From the IMG/VR virus record IMGVR_UViG_3300019742_000002, positions 1-64,000 of that record: a stretch of 64,000 bases of DNA; one strand, given 5' to 3'. Source of the DNA: a virus. A model generated the notes under the pieces. It saw only the letters and a program-made list of their open reading frames with translations. It was not told the DNA's origin and did no database searches. A program made the translations under genes and the position numbers. Each line of letters starts with the position of its first letter. The first letter of the stretch is position 1. Below are positions 19,638 to 28,556 of the stretch, one piece after another.

Positions 19638-21053
19638 ATGAAAACAATGATAAACGAAAAAGTAAGAGAGAGTATGAAGCATACTTACGGTGAGGATATT
19701 GTAGGGCTTTTGGAGTCTGAAAGATTTCCTGCTATTCAAGAAGATAACTTAGGAACACAAGCTATAGTATTGGAAAATACTAAAAAAGAAATAGCTAGAC
19801 TTTATGAGGATACCTCTACATCAGATGTTGCTGTATTTACACCAATATTTATGCCGATGACTCGTAGAATTCAACCAGCTCTTATAGCGAATAGACTTTT
19901 GGGTGTTCAACCAATGTCACAACAAACAGGTTACATTAATACTCTAATCTTCAAATATACAGGTTTTGGGGCAGACGCTAATGATAGACTTGGTGGAAGA
20001 ATTGACCCTGGTGTTAGTTCGCAAATTATAGAAATTACTGGTCATACACTTGTAAAAGGTGATGTTATCTCTAGTGATAATGTTCCTGATACAAATCTTG
20101 CAACTGTAATATATGTAGAGGGTGATTTACTATTGATTGATACTGCAGTATTTAGTGCAGGTGGAATTGTTTATGATAATGCGGCTGTACCTGCTCAAAT
20201 TGGTGCTTTAGTTATTGCTAATACATATTCAAATCAACTTACTTTTAAGAAAATTCTAAAAGGTTACACAGGTTCACTTCCAACCACACAAGCTGAAATT
20301 CTTGGGTATGATATGAAAGAAATCGGGTTCACTGTTACACAAACTCTTATTGAGGCTAAATCAAGAAAATTGAAAGCTGAATATACTGTTGAAATGTACC
20401 AAAACTTGAAAGATACTTATGGTCTTAATGCTGATGAAGAGTTAATGAATATGATGAGTTCTGAGGTTCTTAACGAGCTTGATAGAGAAGTTATTGATTC
20501 AGTAAACTCATGGGCGGCACCATCTAGTGACTTTACAATAGCAAACGGTGCAGGTGCAAGTGGTTCTACAAGATTTGAGATGGAATCAATGGCTCATATC
20601 GGAGTTAAAATCCAAAATGAAGCTAGAGAAGTTGGAAAATTGACAAGAATGGGTTCAGCAAATATTATATTGGCTACACCAAGAGTTGTTACAGTTCTTG
20701 AACAATTGAGAGGATTTAAAGCTATTGAGAATGATTCTATGTTGAGTACAAATGTAGCTGGAGCAAGTGTTGTTGGAACATTTGGTGGAATGGAAGTAAT
20801 CCTTGATAACTTTACTGATAGAGAGTATGTTACAGTGCTTTATAAGGGAGATAATAGGGCATCTATAGGCTACTACTCACCTTACAAAGGCATCTCATTT
20901 ACTAGAGTAACTCATCCTGATACAGGACAACCTGCTATTATATTGAGTTCAAGATACGGTTTGATTGAAAACCCACTAAACCAAGATAATGGTGTTGGTA
21001 TCTTTGGTAGAACATTTGATGTTATATTTGATTCTACATCGGTATTAGCATAA
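19638..21053 (+). CDS. gp23: Major capsid protein gp23
   Basis: RRIQPALIA..GVQPM, AKSRKLKAEYTVEM.Q.L..GLNADEEL, YYSPY, QPAI..SRYGL..NP. Confidence 0.97.
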   Translation: MKTMINEKVRESMKHTYGEDIVGLLESERFPAIQEDNLGTQAIVLENTKKEIARLYEDTSTSDVAVFTPIFMPMTRRIQPALIANRLLGVQPMSQQTGYINTLIFKYTGFGADANDRLGGRIDPGVSSQIIEITGHTLVKGDVISSDNVPDTNLATVIYVEGDLLLIDTAVFSAGGIVYDNAAVPAQIGALVIANTYSNQLTFKKILKGYTGSLPTTQAEILGYDMKEIGFTVTQTLIEAKSRKLKAEYTVEMYQNLKDTYGLNADEELMNMMSSEVLNELDREVIDSVNSWAAPSSDFTIANGAGASGSTRFEMESMAHIGVKIQNEAREVGKLTRMGSANIILATPRVVTVLEQLRGFKAIENDSMLSTNVAGASVVGTFGGMEVILDNFTDREYVTVLYKGDNRASIGYYSPYKGISFTRVTHPDTGQPAIILSSRYGLIENPLNQDNGVGIFGRTFDVIFDSTSVLA

Positions 21054-21059
21054 CAAAAT

Positions 21060-21085
21060 AAATTAGAGTCTTTTGGCTCTAATTT
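21060..21085 (+). terminator. Terminator after the capsid gene
   Basis: aaattagagtc-tttt-ggctctaattt hairpin. Confidence 0.75.
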
Positions 21086-21134
21086 AATAAGAAAGTGTAT
21101 ATTTTAAGTAACTATACACTATAATTATAAAGAT

Positions 21135-21211
21135 AAAAAATCTTTTATATCCAATAAGAAACTTTACTAGGCTCAACTTATTGGATATAAAAGATTTTTT
21201 GAGCCTAGTAA
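21135..21211 (+). promoter_or_regulatory. Structured 5' leader (24-bp hairpin whose loop is complementary to the 3' flank)
   Basis: 21135-21158 pairs perfectly with 21177-21200; 21164-21176 pairs with 21199-21211; follows sigma70 promoter 21103-21125. Confidence 0.8.
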
Positions 21212-21244
21212 CTCAAATATCTTAATTAAAATTTAAGGTTATAA

Positions 21245-22018
21245 ATGAAATATACAACTCCAAAAATACCACACGAGGATTTATTCTTCAAAGATGTAAA
21301 ATTTAAAACTACAGGTTATTATGTAAAAAGATTTCCAAAAGAATTGGAAGAGTTTCTTATTATGGATTTAGATTTAAAACATTCAAAAAGATACTACATT
21401 GATTCAGTTTATAGATTCTATATAGATAATTTAGAAGAATTAAAAACAGATATTACTCCTTTTATAGAATTTTATAAATCCAATAATAAATTTTATGGTA
21501 AACCTACAATAGCTAAAACATATCCTGAATTATTAGAACAATGGATAGAGGCTACCAAAAAAACTGAATATACAGTAGAAAAATTATATGAATTATGTAT
21601 AAAAGGAGCTTTACCAAAACCAAGAGAAAAATATAATAAAATGATAGTGGATTCTTTATGTGATGAAGCAAAAGAAGAATTTAATAAAGGTGTTAAATTG
21701 TCTTTTGTTATAAGAAAATATATTAATAAAGAAGATATTAATACTCTTTGTAAATCTTGTGGTAAACCAGTTAAACAATTAACAAATGAGTGTTTAGATT
21801 GTACTAAAAGTTTAAAGCAAAAAAGAGCTTCTAAGAAAAGAGGTTTAAGAATGTTAGAAGATAAACCTTCTTATGTTAGTGTTGTAAAAGGTGATGTATT
21901 TTCAGAAGATATTCGTAGAGAAAGACTTACGATTAAATGTTCTAATTGTAATAGAGAATTTTCTTATGTATTGAACTTAGGTAAGAGACACCTATTCTGT
22001 CCAATATGTGATAAATAA
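21245..22018 (+). CDS. Zinc-ribbon protein resembling the DNA-binding part of a homing endonuclease; no nuclease domain visible
   Basis: CKSC, CLDC, CSNC, CPIC then stop; directly downstream of gp23. Confidence 0.55.
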   Translation: MKYTTPKIPHEDLFFKDVKFKTTGYYVKRFPKELEEFLIMDLDLKHSKRYYIDSVYRFYIDNLEELKTDITPFIEFYKSNNKFYGKPTIAKTYPELLEQWIEATKKTEYTVEKLYELCIKGALPKPREKYNKMIVDSLCDEAKEEFNKGVKLSFVIRKYINKEDINTLCKSCGKPVKQLTNECLDCTKSLKQKRASKKRGLRMLEDKPSYVSVVKGDVFSEDIRRERLTIKCSNCNREFSYVLNLGKRHLFCPICDK

Positions 22019-22020
22019 GT

Positions 22021-22052
22021 AGATAAACCTAGTTAAATAACTAGGTTTATCT
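22021..22052. terminator. Perfect 15-bp inverted repeat, bidirectional terminator
   Basis: agataaacctagtta-aa-taactaggtttatct. Confidence 0.8.
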
Positions 22053-22112
22053 TGAACCCCTAACCAAAGTCTCCATATAATAAGAGTTCATTAAACCTAA
22101 TTATTCAGTCAC

Positions 22113-22740
22113 CTAATTAAAATATTTATCAAAATAGATTGTATCAAATCTTAACCTTAATAAATCAACATCATTCATATTACTAAAATCGATAGAATTA
22201 ATCTCAACATCACAAAAATACTTAATTAACTTTTTCTTAATCCCTAAAATCAAAATATCTCTAGTCATTTCACTCCCCTTCTTTCATTCCAACCAATTAA
22301 CTTTTCATTTAAAAGCTCAATCACATAACTTTCAATATTATTTGAGTTCAATACCTCTAAAAAATATTTATTATTATTTTTAGGTAGATAATTAAAATAG
22401 TGACCAATATCTCCATCTTTTAAAGCCATTAGATAAGAACTTTTATTTAAATGACTACTTATACCATCATTTGTGATAACAATATAATTACCATTTTCCA
22501 TTAAAAAGTATAACTCATCGCAAACCTCAACAAATTCTTTAATCATTTTATATCCTTTAGTGATAGCTTACACTTTATCCCATCAAATTCATAACTATAT
22601 GATTCGCTAATTCCTTGACCTATAACTACCTCTTTAGTTGTAGGTTTTAATTCACTCACATCATAACCGTTATTAACTAAGTAGTCCTCTACTATTCTAA
22701 GTACCGACTCAGCTGTTATCTTACTATTTACTTCTATCAT
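22113..22740 (-). other. Small early ORFs (22113-22268, 22265-22546, 22543-22740)
   Basis: Promoter 22769-22790; RBS before ATG 22740; overlapping stop/start codons. Confidence 0.6.
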
Positions 22741-22792
22741 TCTATATCCTTTGTGTTTTAATATTATAATTATAGTCAAATAAACTTAAGAT

Positions 22793-22930
22793 AAAATAAA
22801 AAGTATCTACGATTGAATATATTAATTTATATTTTTTAAAATTTTTTATTTTTTCTTTATTATAAGAGTTTTTATTTACAAATTTTGATTATTATAAGTT
22901 TTTGTTATAGTTTTAATCTTAGATGGTTTT
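22793..22930 (-). repeat. Dispersed non-coding repeat, copy A (left arm of palindrome 1)
   Basis: Reverse complement of the unit aaaaacttataataatcaaaatttgtaaataaaaactcttataataaag...tattcaatcgtagatacttttt. Confidence 0.95.
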
Positions 22931-23098
22931 ATTATAAATGGGTATAGTATATGATTTAAGAGTTCATTAATCTATTTTGATAGTAGGTATGAGTTAGGTT
23001 ATTTAAAGAGGTTTAAAGGTGGTTTATAAGTGTGAATGAGTATTATTATATCTATATAAAATTGGAATAGTAGAAATTAAATAACTACAAGATTATAT

Positions 23099-23220
23099 CT
23101 ATAACAAAAACTTATAATAATTAAAATTTGTAAATAAAAACTCTTATAATAAAGAAAAAGAATTAAAAATTTTAAAAAATATAAATTATTATATTCAATC
23201 GTAGATACTTTTTTATTTTA
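23099..23220 (+). repeat. Dispersed repeat, copy B (right arm of palindrome 1)
   Basis: Near-identical unit, inverted relative to copy A. Confidence 0.95.
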
Positions 23221-23340
23221 ATCAACTATAGTAAAATGAGTAAAACTTATATTAAAATTTAAAAGGGAAGTGTCTTGAAGTAAAAAATAAATTAACAAGA
23301 AAACTAATCACTTTAGTAATCTTATTAATTATTATATCAA

Positions 23341-23859
23341 CTATTTAAATCTCTTAGCCAAATCATAATCTGTTTGGGTAATAATTTTAAATTTATCATA
23401 TAATATAGGTGAGGTTTGGCTTTTCTTTGTGTACATCTTATGAAAATTATTATGATGTTCTTCGCACAAACATACACCATTTGAGTCTTGATAAGCCAAT
23501 GTTGGATGGGTAGCTTTGTCCCATAAGTGGTGTGCAGTTAATTTTTCTTTAGTGTGACATATATCACATTTACCCACCTCTTTAACTCTCATAGCCCAAG
23601 CTTTGAGTTTGACTTGGTCGAACTTTTTTGTTTTTGGTTGAACTTCTATACCTTTTCTTTTAGGTTTTAGTTTATTTAACTCATATTTTAAGTTATTCTT
23701 GTCTATTCTTAAAATAGACAAATTTTCTTTCAACTTAGAATTATCAACTTCAAGAACTTTAATATTATCTTTCAATATATTATAATCCTCTAGTCGAGTA
23801 TAGCCAAGATAGTTTGCTAAACTATCAATAAGTTTTGTAAATGTTGTTTTAGTGTTCAT
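23341..23859 (-). CDS. HNH endonuclease with N-terminal coiled coil
   Basis: KCDIC...LTAHH...NGVCLCEEHHNNFH. Confidence 0.85.
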   Translation of the reverse strand: MNTKTTFTKLIDSLANYLGYTRLEDYNILKDNIKVLEVDNSKLKENLSILRIDKNNLKYELNKLKPKRKGIEVQPKTKKFDQVKLKAWAMRVKEVGKCDICHTKEKLTAHHLWDKATHPTLAYQDSNGVCLCEEHHNNFHKMYTKKSQTSPILYDKFKIITQTDYDLAKRFK

Positions 23860-24308
23860 CTTATTTCCTTTATTTTAGTATGTCTAATTATACTAAAATA
23901 AATATAAATCTAAGCTTAAACTCTTTTATTTATTATTATATCTTTTCTATCTTTTACAAGCTCACGAGTTGCTTTTATAAAAGTTTCAGATAACTCACTT
24001 ATAAATTGATTAGTATATGGTAAATTATTTTTTATAAGAAATGGAATTATATAAGGTTTAATCTCTTCAATTTGTTTTGTATTTATTTTATTTTCTCCTT
24101 ATCTAATATAAAATCATAAGCGTTACATAAAGCTTCATAATAAATATTACCATAAAATTTATCAAGATTATACACATTTCTTTTTGATATATCTTTATAT
24201 AGTGATATAGAAAACCTATTAGTGTGTTTATCTATATTGTTTGTATAACCTAAACATAAACTGTTAATTTTACCTAACATACCATCTATCTTCATTTTTT
24301 TAATTCCT

Positions 24309-24620
24309 TTATTTATACCCTACAATCCCTATTATTGCCCTCTTTTTGTTTCTTGTATAACCTTTACCACCACAAGTTCTACAAGTACATTTTTTCCAAG
24401 TCATTGAATCAAATTGACCACTATCAGGTAATCCTTTAGGATAAACATCAATAAATTCCGATACCTCACCTGTTCCTTCACATTCAGGACAAATAAAATT
24501 TAAACCATTTGATTTACCTAATTCTCTATTTTTATATAAGTCATAACAAGAATTATGTAATATAATACCCTTATAAACCTTACCGTCGTCTACTTGTTCT
24601 TTACAATATTCACATTTCAT
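24309..24620 (-). CDS. DnaJ-type zinc-finger protein
   Basis: CPECEGTG and CRTCGGKG repeats plus N-terminal CxxC..HxxC. Confidence 0.75.
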   Translation of the reverse strand: MKCEYCKEQVDDGKVYKGIILHNSCYDLYKNRELGKSNGLNFICPECEGTGEVSEFIDVYPKGLPDSGQFDSMTWKKCTCRTCGGKGYTRNKKRAIIGIVGYK

Positions 24621-24676
24621 TTTATTCCTTTGTTTTTATATAGTGTAATTATACCCAATTAAACTTAAAGTAACTT

Positions 24677-24809
24677 AAAACCATCTACAATTAAAATATA
24701 ATAAAAACTTATAATAATCAAAATTTGTAAATAAAAACTCTTATAATAAAGAAAAGAATAAAAAATTTTAAAAGTTATAAATTAATATATTCAATCGTAG
24801 ATACTTTTT
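24677..24809 (+). repeat. Dispersed repeat, copy C (solo)
   Basis: Full unit from aaaaccatct to tcgtagatacttttt. Confidence 0.95.
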
Positions 24810-24870
24810 ACAAATATCAATAAAAAAGGAGTTCAAATGTTTTGACTTTAGATAAGAGTTTGTGAACTAG
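24809..24870 (+). pseudogene. Decayed copy of the late promoter, RBS and first codons of gene 30432-31418
   Basis: tacaaatatcaataaaaaaggagttcaaatgttttgactttagataagagttt versus tataaatatcaataaaaaggagtttaaatgttagattttagagaggaattt at 30405. Confidence 0.75.
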
Positions 24871-24911
24871 ACTATAAGGGAAGCACTTTGCTAGTAAACT
24901 TAAGGTAGATT

Positions 24912-25196
24912 TTATAATTCTTTAATTTCTATTTTTAAATAAAAACCTCTTTTAACTAATAATCTATGATAAACCATTTTATCTATATAAAATATAGAAC
25001 CTTTTGTTAATCCCATAGGTAACTTATTATCTAATTGTAAATAACAATTATTACTCTCTAAAACCTTTATATGTCTATCTCTTTTATCCCTATGCCACAC
25101 CAATTCTTTAGTATCATTTATATATTCCTCTTTAAACTCTCTTACAAATAAATCTTTATCTATATATGTTTCTACATAAGGTTTACCAAAACGCAT
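24912..25196 (-). CDS. Small cupin-fold protein
   Basis: ELVWHRD..DR.IKV...LQLDN.LP...YHRL; His pair typical of cupins. Confidence 0.65.
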   Translation of the reverse strand: MRFGKPYVETYIDKDLFVREFKEEYINDTKELVWHRDKRDRHIKVLESNNCYLQLDNKLPMGLTKGSIFYIDKMVYHRLLVKRGFYLKIEIKEL

Positions 25197-25722
25197 CTTT
25201 ACTTCCTGAATAATCTAGTCCTAATTGTTTAGCATATCTAGGAAGTCTACAACTCCAATAACCTGCTGTAGTTTTGTCCGTTTTATCCTTACAATTATGT
25301 CTACTAGCAAAATTCTTTCGTGCTTTTTCATTATCTATCTTAACTTTTAATCCTGAAGTATCTCCGAATTGAACTTTAATAATATTACCTTTATTATTTT
25401 TGGTGTATACATAAAATTTCTTAGCTCCACCTCTTTTAGGAGAATTTAATTCTTTTTCTTCTAGTAAAGGATAGTCTAATAATACTTTTGTGTCATATAC
25501 TATTGCACTATTACCTATATCAGTATTTAATACTTCCATTTCAAAAATATCTAATTCGTAATCTAATTTATTTTCTCTTATATAGTTATAATATCTCTCA
25601 AACATATAACTATTAGGTCTGTATAAACATTTTAATATATTATTTGTGTCGATACTTTTTAATATCTCTTTAGTTTCTTCCTCATACAAAAACTCACTCA
25701 TACTAATAAATCTATTTTTCAT
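25183..25722 (-). CDS. Conserved phage protein of unknown function with a capsid-targeting-like N-terminus
   Basis: KKFYVY..KVQFGD..ARKNFASRHNC..TAGYWSC domain; N-terminus MSEFLYEE; part of a late operon. Confidence 0.6.
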   Translation of the reverse strand: MKNRFISMSEFLYEEETKEILKSIDTNNILKCLYRPNSYMFERYYNYIRENKLDYELDIFEMEVLNTDIGNSAIVYDTKVLLDYPLLEEKELNSPKRGGAKKFYVYTKNNKGNIIKVQFGDTSGLKVKIDNEKARKNFASRHNCKDKTDKTTAGYWSCRLPRYAKQLGLDYSGSKDAFW

Positions 25723-25763
25723 TTATTTCTCCTTTAATTGTTTTTGGTATACCCAAATAAAAC

Positions 25764-26438
25764 TTAAATAAAACTATAACTCTTCAAAGGAAATCTCTTA
25801 CCATTTTGATAATATTCTAATTCATAGGTTTTATTCATAAGTTTTTCTCTAACAAGCACTTTATAATTTAAATCATATTCTATATAGCCTTTGTTTTTAG
25901 GTATATTCCCATCGTATTCTAATAAAATTTTAGAACTAGATATAAAACCTTTTATATATTTATTGGTACATATAAAAATATTATATCCTTTATTTTCAGC
26001 TTTACCCCATCTATATATTATAGAATTACCTAATTTTTCGGATAGTTCTTTAAGTTCTGAATGGTCTTGTGCTTTAAATATACATAGATATTCATTTGAA
26101 TTTATATTAACTATATCTTTAGGGAGTATATAGTTCCAATAACTAACATCTTGACCACCTCTTCTTTGTAGTATATAAGCTTCATTTGGGTATCTAGGTT
26201 TTACTACAGAAATAAGCCAAGACTTTTGAGAACTAGAGGCTATATCATAATTAATAAATTTAGGGAGGTCTTTTTCTTGAATATAAAGGTATCTATTGTG
26301 AGGAGGTTTTAGGTAAATAAATTCTTCATATACAACTCCATTATTTCTCGCAGCAGTTAAGAAAGTATTATATTCTTGAACACTATAATATGGGTCAAGT
26401 GTTATGTATAGATATTTTGATTCATTTATGGGGTTCAT
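25764..26438 (-). CDS. Late hypothetical protein (true start MNPINE at 26438)
   Basis: Late promoter 26458-26465 and RBS lie inside the longer track ORF. Confidence 0.65.
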   Translation of the reverse strand: MNPINESKYLYITLDPYYSVQEYNTFLTAARNNGVVYEEFIYLKPPHNRYLYIQEKDLPKFINYDIASSSQKSWLISVVKPRYPNEAYILQRRGGQDVSYWNYILPKDIVNINSNEYLCIFKAQDHSELKELSEKLGNSIIYRWGKAENKGYNIFICTNKYIKGFISSSKILLEYDGNIPKNKGYIEYDLNYKVLVREKLMNKTYELEYYQNGKRFPLKSYSFI

Positions 26439-26484
26439 TTTATTCTCTCTTTTGGAATATTTATAAAAGAGAGAACAAAACATT

Positions 26485-27129
26485 CTAACTATCTTTATAT
26501 TTTATTTTATGAAATATTTCATCCAAATATATAATGATGTCTTTATAAAACATATCTTCACAATAATATATCCCCTCATAAGACAAAGAAAGAAACGAAA
26601 GATGACCAGCAACTATTGTATACACATCATTTCTTTGATTATAAGTATATGTTTTATCATAACCCAATTTTGATATATAGGTCTCTATTAACTCATATAT
26701 TTTAATGTCTATTTTTATTCCTGATACAATAACTCTAGGTGCGTACTCGGGAAGTGGTCTTTTTATTATTTCCATATTACATCCTTTTATTTTTAATTAT
26801 ATATAATCAATCTAGTTACTATTGGCAAAATATCTACTATTCCTATCAAATAAATCATCAACCTCAATATCTTCAATAACATATAAAGTAGAATCTATTA
26901 CACATCTCCAATTACTACTAGAGAATGTTTTTGAAATACCATCTTTTGTAGTTACTATTGCTTTGAATTCTACATTTGTATCTAATGGTTCAAGAGTAAC
27001 TTTAATATTATATCCTTGTTTCTTAATCCATTGTAAGCACTTAATTGATAACTGCGTTTGTGACATCTTTTGAATGTTGTCAGTATCTTTTAATACATTA
27101 TCTATAATTTTTTGCTTCTCTGATTTCAT
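26485..27129 (-). other. Two small early ORFs (26485-26775, 26812-27129)
   Basis: AAAGGA RBS; promoter 27159-27181. Confidence 0.65.
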
Positions 27130-27224
27130 CTTTTATCCTTTAGTTGTTTAGATAATGTATTATAAACTAAATAAACTTAAACTATTATTAAAATCTTTAT
27201 AAATAATCTTAAAAGGATAAACAA

Positions 27225-27758
27225 ATGGCTTTTAAAATGACGGACGAACAAAAAGAATCCCATGTAATGATGAAAGGTCTCATAGATAAAAAACCAAGAA
27301 AACTTAAAGCTTCTGATTTTAAACCGGGTTCATTAATTCTATTTTCCTATAATGCTAAATATAAGAAAAATCCTTATGATAAAACTCCTTTATGCTTTGT
27401 TATATCAACCGAGGGTAGAAAATATCTATATGGTATTAATTTCTCATGGATACCACCAGCTTTAAGAAAAGGTATTATGGATATGATATTAAAGAAAAAT
27501 AAAAAGAATATTGAAAAGGGTTTAGACTTAGAAATACCTAAACTACTCCTTATGAAAATAGCTAGAATGGGTTTACCTGCTTTTAGGCGTTATTTAAAAA
27601 ACCGTGTGAGTCCATCTGGAATAATTATTGGTTATGAGAACTACGCGAAAGTTATTCACCTAAGAGGTGAACATTTTACAGGAATATCTTCCGAACAAGC
27701 TTGGAATATAGCTGTAGCCAAGATTAAAAAAAATAAGAAAAAAGTGGCTAGAAAATAG
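27225..27758 (+). CDS. gp2: DNA end protector protein gp2
   Basis: PG.L.LF.YNAK.K..PYDKTPL...GINFSWIPP..R, RRYL; late promoter. Confidence 0.85.
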   Translation: MAFKMTDEQKESHVMMKGLIDKKPRKLKASDFKPGSLILFSYNAKYKKNPYDKTPLCFVISTEGRKYLYGINFSWIPPALRKGIMDMILKKNKKNIEKGLDLEIPKLLLMKIARMGLPAFRRYLKNRVSPSGIIIGYENYAKVIHLRGEHFTGISSEQAWNIAVAKIKKNKKKVARK

Positions 27759-27764
27759 TCACAT

Positions 27765-28535
27765 CTAACTTTCCTCAATCCTTTTTTTAGCTATATTATA
27801 AGCTACTTGATTTTGGTCACAATATATACCTCTACGACCTAACTTTTTAGCTACTGCTATAGTTGTTCCACTACCACCAAAGAAATCAGCTACTATTGAG
27901 TTTTCATTTGATGATGCTTTTATGATTCGTTCAAGTAATTTTGATGGTTTTTGGGTACTATAAATATAATCCTCACTATCTTTAGTTTTTAAGTATCCAC
28001 TTCCATCTGCTATAGATTTTATATTCCAATAATCTTTTATTCTACTTCCATTATCGCTATTTTTTAATAAATTAATTATTGGAATGTTTGTCTTTCTGTA
28101 AACATATATATCATCGTGTTTTGTAGCAAACGGTTTTTGTTTTGAACTACCACCCGCACCATAGCACCAAACTATATTATTTAAAAAATTATCTTTACCA
28201 AATATCTCATCTAAGAGTATTTTTATATAGTGTCCTACATGCCAATCAATGTGAACATATATCGAACCTTTATCACTAAGTAGCTCTCTCATCTTTACTA
28301 ATCTAGGATAGATAAAACTTAAAAACTTTAAATCATTTTCATTTAGTATCTTATCAAACATTCCATAAACTAATGGTTCGTAATAGTTAGTTTTCTTCCA
28401 AGCTATCATATTAAACTTCTCATCTTGTTTTATCCCAAAAGGAGGGTCTATGTATATTAAGTCTATAGAATTTTCATCTAACTTATCCATTATTTCTAAG
28501 CAATCACCAATATACATATCTATTTTATTATCCAT
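27765..28535 (-). CDS. N6-adenine/N4-cytosine DNA methyltransferase, beta class
   Basis: LIYIDPPF (motif IV) precedes YSTQKP..LLERII..ADFFGGSGTT (motif I). Confidence 0.92.
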   Translation of the reverse strand: MDNKIDMYIGDCLEIMDKLDENSIDLIYIDPPFGIKQDEKFNMIAWKKTNYYEPLVYGMFDKILNENDLKFLSFIYPRLVKMRELLSDKGSIYVHIDWHVGHYIKILLDEIFGKDNFLNNIVWCYGAGGSSKQKPFATKHDDIYVYRKTNIPIINLLKNSDNGSRIKDYWNIKSIADGSGYLKTKDSEDYIYSTQKPSKLLERIIKASSNENSIVADFFGGSGTTIAVAKKLGRRGIYCDQNQVAYNIAKKRIEES

Positions 28536-28556
28536 TTAAATTCCTTTTATTTTTTA

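Noticed and set aside
27765-28535. Complete restriction-modification system
   Set aside because: No adjacent restriction subunit; orphan methyltransferases are common in phages and the target cannot be read from the sequence
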